This document shows positions 9,501 to 17,079 of a DNA stretch of 48,435 nucleotides, in pieces; within the stretch, counting starts at the first letter, position 1; each line of letters begins with the position of its first letter. The stretch is from Escherichia phage EcoIv28_Lewi. The position numbers and the translations under genes were made by a program. The stretch is taken from sequence record OX461087, one strand, 5' to 3'. The notes below the pieces were generated by a model. That model did not search any database, had not been told where the DNA came from, and was given only the letters and a program-made list of their open reading frames with translations.

Positions 9501-10010
9501 TCAACCTCCACTAATCATGTGTGATAGTCTCTCGCGTCCGGATATTGCAGCAATCTCCGCCTCTTCAATCGTCTTGTAGTAACCAAGTGAGTGTTGCTTC
9601 TTGTTAAAGAAAATTGTTGCGCGATACAGCCCTGACGGCCTATGTAGTGAGACTCCTTTAATTCCTGTGTGATTATTCTTGTATGGTCCTCGCGTTTTTG
9701 CATGATTAATTTTGCAATCAGTCATTTTCCTGCACCCGGCTGGCGTTATAGATAAATCACTCCATTTAGCACTAAATGGGTTTTGTGAAATAGAATAAAC
9801 ACTCTGTCCTTCAGGCGGAAATTCTCCAGTCATATAAAGCCACGCCAGTCGTCTTGCGGTGTATTGTTTTCCCAGGATTGTTATTAAGTAACAATACTTA
9901 GTTATGCTCCCAGCTAATTTCCCGACTCTGCCACCACGCAACCAGATGAAATCACCAGACTCAGGATAATACCTTAACCATGCCTTTAATTCTTTCTGGG
10001 TAAGCATCAC
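9501..10010 (-). CDS. degenerate HNH-AP2 homing-endonuclease paralog
   Basis: N-terminus and AP2-like C-terminus match the other HNH genes, but the DHING..DNR..NLR motif is absent. Confidence 0.6.
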   Translation of the reverse strand: MMLTQKELKAWLRYYPESGDFIWLRGGRVGKLAGSITKYCYLITILGKQYTARRLAWLYMTGEFPPEGQSVYSISQNPFSAKWSDLSITPAGCRKMTDCKINHAKTRGPYKNNHTGIKGVSLHRPSGLYRATIFFNKKQHSLGYYKTIEEAEIAAISGRERLSHMISGG

Positions 10011-10176
10011 TCAATCTCCTCACCATTAACCCAGCGTTGCAGGACTTCGATTAGTTGCGCGGCTTGTCGCTTGTCAAGCTGAACCCAGTCGTCACATTGC
10101 CTTAAATTTATTACTAGTTCTGTATTTATATACAGACTGTGGCATTCATTTGTTTTTTCAATAATCATCACTCACC

Positions 10177-10584
10177 TCAACAAAGTTCACCATCAGTTAT
10201 CATCAACAACCTCTGCCATTTAGCTACCGGCTTACACAGTTCAGATTTCAATCTGCTTAACGAGACTGTGATATCAGGCCACTCGGTAAACGGAACAAAT
10301 CGCACAAATCTATAATCAGCACCAGCCCAGTGCCAGCCAAGCGTATAGTCGATGTATGTGCCGTCTTGCTGCATATTGATGTAATGCGCCGTTGCGCCAT
10401 CATCATTAATCATAACCACCTCAACCACTGCGCACGAACTACCATCCCGTGCACGGTTCACTGCATTCAGGTGACAGGCATGATTGTACAGTCCAGTTCC
10501 GTCTATGAATGATATATCAATCTTTTTGCTGTATTTCTTATCAGCAGCATCGCGGATTATTTTCTTTAATTTATTCCTGAACAT
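10177..10584 (-). CDS. hypothetical protein (~135 aa)
   Basis: Track ORF 10177..10629 trimmed to ATG overlapping upstream gene stop. Confidence 0.45.
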   Translation of the reverse strand: MFRNKLKKIIRDAADKKYSKKIDISFIDGTGLYNHACHLNAVNRARDGSSCAVVEVVMINDDGATAHYINMQQDGTYIDYTLGWHWAGADYRFVRFVPFTEWPDITVSLSRLKSELCKPVAKWQRLLMITDGELC

Positions 10585-10780
10585 AATTAATCCACCATGC
10601 GGCAATTGCTGAGAAAATCCACAGGGCAATAAAAAGACGGAAAACCTGCCAATTTAGAATGTCATCAACACTTGGCGCTTCCCATCTAATCAACCAGATA
10701 AGTGGGAAAGCAAGCGCAAGCGCAATGGTGTACTTAATACCAATAAACAGAAAATCCCTTGCAAAACCTCTCATAATCAC
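10571..10780 (-). CDS. small membrane protein (69 aa)
   Basis: Track ORF, two hydrophobic segments. Confidence 0.4.
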   Translation of the reverse strand: MIMRGFARDFLFIGIKYTIALALAFPLIWLIRWEAPSVDDILNWQVFRLFIALWIFSAIAAWWINYVQE

Positions 10781-10983
10781 CCTCTCAAAAAATCATTCTT
10801 GCAGCAGATACCCTTGTAACCGCGCTTCTCTTGCAGGTTAACGAAAACATCATCAATTACGCGCAGCAGGAAATCCTCGTCGATATCATACCGACGGCAA
10901 ATCACATCATCAGGCACACCAGCCCGCGCCAGTGAATAAACCTGCTCTTTCTCCTCCTGTGTGAATCCTGCATAGCTGCGCAT
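10777..10983 (-). CDS. hypothetical protein (~68 aa)
   Basis: Track ORF 10777..11043 trimmed to ATG with GGAGAT RBS. Confidence 0.45.
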   Translation of the reverse strand: MRSYAGFTQEEKEQVYSLARAGVPDDVICRRYDIDEDFLLRVIDDVFVNLQEKRGYKGICCKNDFLRG

Positions 10984-11014
10984 AGTGATATCTCCGGTAA
11001 GCCTGATGTAGATT

Positions 11015-11110
11015 ATACTATGCGCTCGGTGTAGATTGGTCAAGTGTGGTGATGCAGGTTTATCAACATTAATAATAAATATTGACGTAGAAATGGTGGT
11101 GATGTAGATT
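11015..11110. promoter_or_regulatory. divergent promoters
   Basis: Minus: TTGACC-N17-TAGTAT (11043..11015); plus: TTGACG-N17-TAGATT (11082..11110); extra TGTAGATT copies nearby. Confidence 0.45.
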
Positions 11111-11145
11111 TAACTAAACCGGAAATTCTTATGTGAGGTGATGAG

Positions 11146-11321
11146 ATGTTTGAAGCATACAAATCAAAAATAACTGGCAGCACATACCTGTTTGCGCCAG
11201 CAAATGGTCTGGTTTTTGTTTGTCGTGGCAAAGACAACACCGATGAAACGAGAATGACAAAAGACGACATAGATATGTATGTCAGAAATGGAGTTATGGA
11301 AGAAGCGGAGTGTCCAGCATG
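11146..11321 (+). CDS. small hypothetical protein (58 aa)
   Basis: ATG after GAGGTGATGAG RBS; coupled by ATGA overlap to next gene. Confidence 0.4.
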
Positions 11322-11501
11322 AGCCATACAAGACCAAGAGTTAACAAAAAAGTAAGAGAAGAGGCAATAGAGCACTTTAAAAGCCACCATGGAAATCACT
11401 CACACGAGGTGATTGTTGGTATAGATGTAGAGAAGATGAAAGAAACCGCAAAACACTACAAAGGAAGGGTTAATCTTGCGGATTATGGAATAGCGGAATA
11501 A
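11319..11501 (+). CDS. small hypothetical protein (60 aa)
   Basis: Track ORF 11310..11501, ATG at 11319. Confidence 0.45.
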   Translation: MSHTRPRVNKKVREEAIEHFKSHHGNHSHEVIVGIDVEKMKETAKHYKGRVNLADYGIAE

Positions 11502-11505
11502 GCAT

Positions 11506-11536
11506 AAGCCCTCGAATGAGGGCTTTATTTTTATCT
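11506..11536. terminator. bidirectional rho-independent terminator
   Basis: Hairpin AAGCCCTC-GAAT-GAGGGCTT plus T-run between convergent genes. Confidence 0.6.
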
Positions 11537-12955
11537 CCTGCGACGGATTAGCATTCCGCTACCGCGTTGAACGATGTGGTCTCCAAGTCCATAGCGTAAA
11601 CTATCAATCGCGTGATTGTATTTATCAACTATGTCAGGGAGTATGTTGCCTGTTAACTTATCAACCTTATAGCTATACATTGTCATCTCTTCAATGACGT
11701 GTTTACATCTTGAGTGTACGTAAATCCTGTCGCACCCACGAAGCCACGTAATCCCGTCCTCAATGCTCCCAGGCCATTTTGCGCACGGATGAATATCGAA
11801 TCCAGATCGGCGTATATGGCTTATTGTTTCAGGCCTTGCGCAATCCCCATACCATCTGTACTTCTCTGAATTTGGGAATGCTGAGCGCATCGCTTCTGGC
11901 GTGTCAGTTATCTCAAGGCCAACCTTTGCAAAGTCACGATAGATATATAGATTTCTGCGCCCATCTCCCAAATCTTCTACATATGATTCTGTTGCTGCGG
12001 TTGCATCCTGAGAAAAACCAAAGTCAATGCCATAATATGGACCTCCCCATTCTGGAGATGGCTCGAAGTCCAGCGTTTGCCATTTTCCGCCAAGCACGGC
12101 CTCTTCGGAACGCTTGTTGAATAACCCTTCATACACCCACAGATAGCGATCATAATCCACCGCCTTCATCTGGTTCATGTGCTGTTTAAGTTCTTCCGTG
12201 AACCACGGGTTGTGGACGTAGTTAACATTAACAACAACGATGTCATCATCCTGATATATGCCATCAACCATCTTGTCGATGTAAGGCTCAACAAAGTTAG
12301 TCCACGTTGGGTCCGTCTCTTTATTAGGGTTAAAAACAATGATAATTTCAGAGCCAGCCGCACGGACTGTTGGGATAAGCGTATCCCATGACACCTGACT
12401 GATGTTTTCGGATTCTTCACAGAAGACATCCGTAAGGCCAGCCATGCCCTTGATTGCGGTTATGTTTCGCCAAAGGCCACGAAAAACAAACTTTGATCTC
12501 GTTGTGTGGTGTGTTATCTCGCCATCCACGCAACGATATTCCTGAGTGTGCCCCTTCCTGTTTATCTCATCGACCAGCTCGGCATAGCTTGATTCTTTGA
12601 TTGAGTTCTGTATCTCACGGAAGCATCCGACGCGGCTGTTGCGGAATCTTGCCTTTTCTATCAGGTAAGACACGACGTTAGCCGTCTTTCCGCTTCCCCT
12701 ACCACCATAGAACACTTTGAAGCGACGAGGGTAAAGCAATAGCTCCATCCGCTTTGGTATCAGAATTGTTGGCTCTTCGTTTGTTTCCGAGACACCTGTT
12801 GCTGTCATTTTCAGGCGCTTTATAACATTAGGCGTTCCATCAGCAAGAAGTTTATCAACAATGCCAAACACAGCAGACTCAGGCTTTGCAGTTGAGTTGC
12901 CAACTACCTGTTCAAGTTTTTCGATTGCCACACTTGAGAGTCTTTTTCTAGCCAT
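11531..12955 (-). CDS. terminase large subunit
   Basis: 474 aa; Walker A-like GGRGSGKT; ATPase plus nuclease architecture. Confidence 0.9.
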   Translation of the reverse strand: MARKRLSSVAIEKLEQVVGNSTAKPESAVFGIVDKLLADGTPNVIKRLKMTATGVSETNEEPTILIPKRMELLLYPRRFKVFYGGRGSGKTANVVSYLIEKARFRNSRVGCFREIQNSIKESSYAELVDEINRKGHTQEYRCVDGEITHHTTRSKFVFRGLWRNITAIKGMAGLTDVFCEESENISQVSWDTLIPTVRAAGSEIIIVFNPNKETDPTWTNFVEPYIDKMVDGIYQDDDIVVVNVNYVHNPWFTEELKQHMNQMKAVDYDRYLWVYEGLFNKRSEEAVLGGKWQTLDFEPSPEWGGPYYGIDFGFSQDATAATESYVEDLGDGRRNLYIYRDFAKVGLEITDTPEAMRSAFPNSEKYRWYGDCARPETISHIRRSGFDIHPCAKWPGSIEDGITWLRGCDRIYVHSRCKHVIEEMTMYSYKVDKLTGNILPDIVDKYNHAIDSLRYGLGDHIVQRGSGMLIRRRR

Positions 12956-13463
12956 GATTACAAAACTCCCCGTGATTTTTCTCTCTTTCTTCCATTATCT
13001 TTTTGACTGCATCTTCAATGTTGGCGAACCGGCCAAGGTTAACCATCCTGCCATTTATATTTAATCTTGCCATCCACTTGCATCTTGATTTATCCCAATA
13101 CACACCCTTAACCCCTGATGTGTTGTTTGCCTGTAGCTTTTTGTTGTAACCATTTTGCTGATGGTCAGCCTCTCGCAGATTAACAAAACGATTATCAAGC
13201 GTATTGTTGTTTATGTGGTCTATTTCTTTTTCAGGCCAACTACCAGTCATGTAAAGCCAAGCCAGCCTGTGCGATCTATACCACTTTCTTCCAAAATGAA
13301 TATAGTGATACGGTCGCTTGCTACCAACGGAGCCGCATAATTTTATTGTTCCTGCCGGCTTCCCGGGTTTAGCCCTTCCCTGCTTGTGTGGGTTTTTCCA
13401 TGTAAAAATTCCGGTTTCAGGATTGTAATCAAGGATGTGTTTTAATTCTGCTTGCGTAAGCAT
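12948..13463 (-). CDS. HNH-AP2 homing endonuclease between terS and terL
   Basis: Motif EIDHINNNTLDNRFVNLRE plus AP2-like C-terminus; stop overlaps terL start (ATGGCTAG). Confidence 0.8.
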   Translation of the reverse strand: MLTQAELKHILDYNPETGIFTWKNPHKQGRAKPGKPAGTIKLCGSVGSKRPYHYIHFGRKWYRSHRLAWLYMTGSWPEKEIDHINNNTLDNRFVNLREADHQQNGYNKKLQANNTSGVKGVYWDKSRCKWMARLNINGRMVNLGRFANIEDAVKKIMEEREKNHGEFCNHG

Positions 13464-13562
13464 ATATAGATTCCTCATCAGGGCATCATTGAAGTGAATG
13501 CGGCAGGCGGTGATGAGTCGCTTTTCGGGTGCCCCCTAGCCGCATTGATTATTATAAATCAG

Positions 13563-14006
13563 TTACTGTTGCTGCTCCAGTAATTTCTCCAGCCGCTCAA
13601 GTCTCGCGGCGAGTTCGGTTAACTCTTTCACGTCAAGACCAACCTTAATCATAGACACAACCTGAGACGCAACATCAATTGGTAGTTCTCCACTGGAGAC
13701 AGATTGAATGACGTCCTCTATCTGCTCAACTGGAGTGGCATCTTTGCGGTATTTAAAATTAACCGGAGGTGCCATGCTTTTTTGCACGGGGCTGATGCGC
13801 AGGAATATCTCCTTCAGCATCTGCACGCCTTGAGTCGGGTTTTCCTCAGTCATCCTGATTGACGTCCTGATGAATGCGTCAAGGAATTCCTCCTCTCCAA
13901 GCCCGCATCGCTTTAATGCTTCAATAAGCCTGTTTCTGTAGCTTAATCCTCTGCCAGCAGGCTGGTATTCAGAGGAAAATTTCATTACAGGGTTTGGATT
14001 AGCCAT
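13563..14006 (-). CDS. terminase small subunit (putative)
   Basis: 147 aa immediately upstream of terL, coiled-coil C-terminus. Confidence 0.55.
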   Translation of the reverse strand: MANPNPVMKFSSEYQPAGRGLSYRNRLIEALKRCGLGEEEFLDAFIRTSIRMTEENPTQGVQMLKEIFLRISPVQKSMAPPVNFKYRKDATPVEQIEDVIQSVSSGELPIDVASQVVSMIKVGLDVKELTELAARLERLEKLLEQQQ

Positions 14007-14051
14007 TCTGTTTTCGTCTTTTCGTATTTCGATATCGTTAGTTTAACACAG

Positions 14052-14079
14052 ATAAAAAAGAACCCGCACAAGGCGGGTT
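14052..14079 (-). terminator. rho-independent terminator
   Basis: On minus strand AACCCGCC-loop-GCGGGTT followed by CTTTTTTATC. Confidence 0.5.
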
Positions 14080-14123
14080 AAAGGTTTGGTGATGATATGA
14101 GTGAAGCAATGGTGGTTATGCGC

Positions 14124-14297
14124 TTATTGTACACCATCATTATCGCGCTTGCCAGCATAGCACCATGCATTTTCTGTTCGCGTCTGCACATGAACGATTT
14201 CAAGCGCATCAGGGAATGTCTTTGCAACCTTTGCGATGAAGTCATCCAGTTCGTGCTGTTTGGCAAGTTGCCAGACTTTCTGTTTAGTTGTTTGCAT
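14124..14297 (-). CDS. small hypothetical protein
   Basis: Track ORF 14124..14363 trimmed to internal ATG; start uncertain. Confidence 0.3.
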   Translation of the reverse strand: MQTTKQKVWQLAKQHELDDFIAKVAKTFPDALEIVHVQTRTENAWCYAGKRDNDGVQ

Positions 14298-14455
14298 TAG
14301 CGAAAGCTCTCGTAGAGCACATGCACTTAATGTCGTGCACACCATTATCAGGAACAACCTCAATGTAATTACCTATTTGTACCATCATGTAGTGACACGC
14401 CTTCATGCTGTTCCAGTGTCGTTCCCACATGTTTTGCATTTCGTCGCTTATATCG

Positions 14456-14776
14456 TTAAACATAATGCTGCCACTCCCTTTTAACCCATGCTACGCGATT
14501 CTTGTTGGTGTGAATTGCCCCGTCAATACATTCCAAATGGTATGAGTTATCTGCGTTATTAAGCGGGTAATCACGGCTTAGTCCGGCCTTAATGAATTGC
14601 GATTTCATTAACTGCAATGCCATATCCCTTACCGGGAATCTGCAACCTTTGCTTGCAAGGTATGAAAATAAAGAACCGCAAAGCCCGACGCGACGACTAA
14701 ATGGCTCACCTTCTGGTGCGCCAGCATCAATCCAGTCGGAATATGCTTCATAAAACTCAGCTAATTGATTAAACAT
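14456..14776 (-). CDS. hypothetical protein (~106 aa)
   Basis: Track ORF trimmed to ATG with AGGAG RBS. Confidence 0.45.
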   Translation of the reverse strand: MFNQLAEFYEAYSDWIDAGAPEGEPFSRRVGLCGSLFSYLASKGCRFPVRDMALQLMKSQFIKAGLSRDYPLNNADNSYHLECIDGAIHTNKNRVAWVKREWQHYV

Positions 14777-14938
14777 AATGCACAACTCCTGCAATGGCAG
14801 CAACCAGTGCCAGCATATAAACAGCAAGGAATATTTTAGCGCCAGTGGTGTATCGGCGTCGTTTGTGTTTGGTCATAATATGCCTCCACTAAAGCGTGCG
14901 CCACATATAGCGCACTGATAATTAATATGAACGGGTAG

Positions 14939-15220
14939 CTATTCACTTTTAGCCAGGCTTTCGAATTGCTGGTTGGCGGTGTCGTACTCATCAGGAATTA
15001 GTGCCTGCTTATCTCGCAAAGATTCTTCAAGCTCTGCAATTCGACACCCATAATCAAGGGCTTGGTCCTGCATGTTTTTGATTTCTTCAAGTAGCTCATC
15101 GCATTTAGCTTGAAGAACTGCGTAATCAGCATACTTAACATATGAGCCAGAGATGTCATCACCCTCTGTATTAAGCCACGCGTCGTTGCAGTTTACTGCG
15201 TATGTTTTAACTTTACTCAT
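14939..15220 (-). CDS. hypothetical protein (93 aa)
   Basis: Track ORF, GGGGG RBS; N-terminus MSKVKTY shared with neighbour. Confidence 0.45.
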   Translation of the reverse strand: MSKVKTYAVNCNDAWLNTEGDDISGSYVKYADYAVLQAKCDELLEEIKNMQDQALDYGCRIAELEESLRDKQALIPDEYDTANQQFESLAKSE

Positions 15221-15237
15221 ACCATAACCCCCATAAT

Positions 15238-15450
15238 TTATTCGTGATAACCATCTTCTTCAAACTCAATCTTTGCGATTTTCAGCGCATCATCATCGGT
15301 GATGTCAACCGCTTTGAATTTGCACTTTGCAAGCACCAGACACCCCGACAGCAAAAGCCACTTATTCCACCAGTGTGCTCGCTTGATTGTTCTGGATTCG
15401 TACATTTTGTTTTGTACAAACCAGAACTCGTATGTTTTCACTTTTGCCAT
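15238..15450 (-). CDS. hypothetical protein (70 aa), N-terminal paralog of 14939..15220
   Basis: Track ORF; N-terminus MAKVKTY. Confidence 0.45.
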   Translation of the reverse strand: MAKVKTYEFWFVQNKMYESRTIKRAHWWNKWLLLSGCLVLAKCKFKAVDITDDDALKIAKIEFEEDGYHE

Positions 15451-15848
15451 ATCATCACCATTAGAAATAAACCTGCTGAATCGATGTCAAAATACGATAA
15501 TCAGCTCATCCATTACTCTACGCTTACAATCACCATTAAACACACGCACAACGCGATTTACGCGTATAGATTCCATTGCGTTGCGTGCCTGCTTGCTCAT
15601 AAAGTTCTGCGCGCCAACGTGACCGAGTTCTTGTTCCAGATTTTCGCGGCGATAGATAGTTTTGCCATGTGTTAAACCTCACAAGAGTTAATGATTGCCT
15701 TAATGCGGCGACGATACCACTGCATGATGTGTTCGTTATGCCAGCTACTCATTTTGTTACTCCTTATACCCTGATTTAGAAACTGCCACTGCGATAATGA
15801 TGAACGCCACGACAACAAGACTGGCGATAAGTTCGAATGCTGCGCCTG

Positions 15849-16043
15849 TCATTTCTTCACCAACTCCCATTTAACGCCATGTGCGTCTTTTTCGTTGGAA
15901 ATCTTACCAATGACTTCGTACCCTCTATCTCCGGTTAAAAATACAATCCCTTGCTCAGGTAAGTAATCGTGGCAATCATATTCTTTACCAACCGTCACAT
16001 AACGGCATGACTCTTCTACCTCGATGGCTTTAACTCTTGTCAT
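15849..16043 (-). CDS. hypothetical protein (64 aa)
   Basis: Track ORF. Confidence 0.45.
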   Translation of the reverse strand: MTRVKAIEVEESCRYVTVGKEYDCHDYLPEQGIVFLTGDRGYEVIGKISNEKDAHGVKWELVKK

Positions 16044-16186
16044 TTGCTGAGTCCATACGCTGAGATTAAAGCCTGCATTGCTGCGTTCCAGAATGCTTCT
16101 GCAGGAATGCTGTTGTTTGTGCGGTCAACTGCAATGCGCGCCATAGCTTGTGCATCTTCCAATTCTTCACGGTCTTTGATTTTCAT
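16040..16186 (-). CDS. small hypothetical protein (~48 aa)
   Basis: ATG...TGA ORF with ATGA overlap to downstream gene; below track cutoff. Confidence 0.35.
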   Translation of the reverse strand: MKIKDREELEDAQAMARIAVDRTNNSIPAEAFWNAAMQALISAYGLSK

Positions 16187-16341
16187 TATGCGTACCTGTT
16201 ATATGAAAGTTTTTTACATGCGTAATATTGTTTTTCTGCATATGCAAAGGTCTTTCCAGTTTTCATCATCGCATCAATGAATTTGTGCGCGTCACCCTTT
16301 GCCTCGCAATACAGAGCTATTGCATATTTGGTAGGTTTCAT
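16186..16341 (-). CDS. small hypothetical protein (~51 aa), first gene of minus-strand small-gene operon
   Basis: ATG preceded by GAGGGTGAAGAG RBS, just downstream of a consensus promoter. Confidence 0.35.
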   Translation of the reverse strand: MKPTKYAIALYCEAKGDAHKFIDAMMKTGKTFAYAEKQYYACKKLSYNRYA

Positions 16342-16371
16342 CTCTTCACCCTCGGTTGTTCCGATGAACTC

Positions 16372-16400
16372 AATCTACATCAGTTGCGATTCTACGTCAA
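16372..16400 (-). promoter_or_regulatory. sigma70-like promoter TTGACG-N17-TAGATT
   Basis: Minus-strand -35 TTGACG (16400..16395) and -10 TAGATT (16377..16372), 17-nt spacer, ~30 nt upstream of first ORF. Confidence 0.5.
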
Positions 16401-16419
16401 CAGGAATGCGTTAAAAACG

Positions 16420-16740
16420 TGCTCGTGGGGTAAATTTTTGCCCGTGGGGCAGGTCGTGGGGCAGGTTGGTTGCCCCACGTTTTTCATCGTAAATCATTGA
16501 TTTGAATGTTTTTATTTTTCGTGGGTAAAAAGGGGCAGATTTCATACCCATCCCCTTATAAATATATTCAAATAATCCATTTGTTAATATTATGTTAATT
16601 ACTATCTATAATATGAATAATAATATTACCCATTAACCCAAATAATAATAATTTTATTATATTACATATACTTAGATGAAGTTTTCGTGGGGCAGGTTGG
16701 TTGCCCCACGTTAACCCAATTTACCCCTTTTGCAGATTTT
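16420..16740. repeat. iteron-like repeats, paired 25-bp palindromes and AT-rich spacer (putative replication origin)
   Basis: CGTGGGG(C/T)A repeated at least 5 times; identical CGTGGGGCAGGTTGGTTGCCCCACG at 16455..16479 and 16686..16710; ~180 bp of very AT-rich DNA between. Confidence 0.4.
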
Positions 16741-16747
16741 AGTTGTG

Positions 16748-16776
16748 TTGCAATGCTGGGGAGTAGGTGGTAGTAT
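16748..16776 (+). promoter_or_regulatory. sigma70-like promoter TTGCAA-N17-TAGTAT
   Basis: Read directly from sequence upstream of the plus-strand replication block. Confidence 0.45.
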
Positions 16777-16806
16777 TTTGGGGAAATACTTGATTGAGGA
16801 GCGGAA

Positions 16807-17079
16807 ATGAGCAATCACGGTGTATTATTAAAGCGCAAATTAAACAAACATGGTCGTGGTGCTGGGTGGGTTGCATCATCAAAGTCAACCACTGGGTACT
16901 ACGGTGTTGATTACCACAAGGCATCAAAAAAATTCAGAGCGAGAGTGATGGTACTCAAGAAGAGATATGAGCTTGGCATGTTTGAAACGGCAGAGGAAGC
17001 AAACGCTGCAGTTTTGAGAGCCAAGGAATGGTTATCAGAAAATCCTCATGAGAAATTTGAAACAGAGTACGAGGTTTAA
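16807..17079 (+). CDS. stand-alone AP2-domain DNA-binding protein
   Basis: GYYGV...FRARV...LGMFETAEEANAA pattern like the AP2 tail of the HNH genes, with no nuclease part. Confidence 0.6.
   Translation: MSNHGVLLKRKLNKHGRGAGWVASSKSTTGYYGVDYHKASKKFRARVMVLKKRYELGMFETAEEANAAVLRAKEWLSENPHEKFETEYEV

Noticed and set aside
11040-11399. 119-aa minus-strand ORF
   Set aside because: Low-complexity hydrophobic translation that overlaps a promoter hub and two plus-strand genes with good RBS.
15244-15675. 143-aa and 107-aa plus-strand ORFs
   Set aside because: Antisense to a run of RBS-bearing, translationally coupled small minus-strand genes.
16455-16710. Two identical 25-bp palindromes considered as a CRISPR array or as terminators
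   Set aside because: Only two copies 231 bp apart with AT-rich DNA between and no cas genes, so not CRISPR; only the first copy is followed by a T-run and neither sits at the 3' end of a gene, so they fit origin/regulatory elements better.
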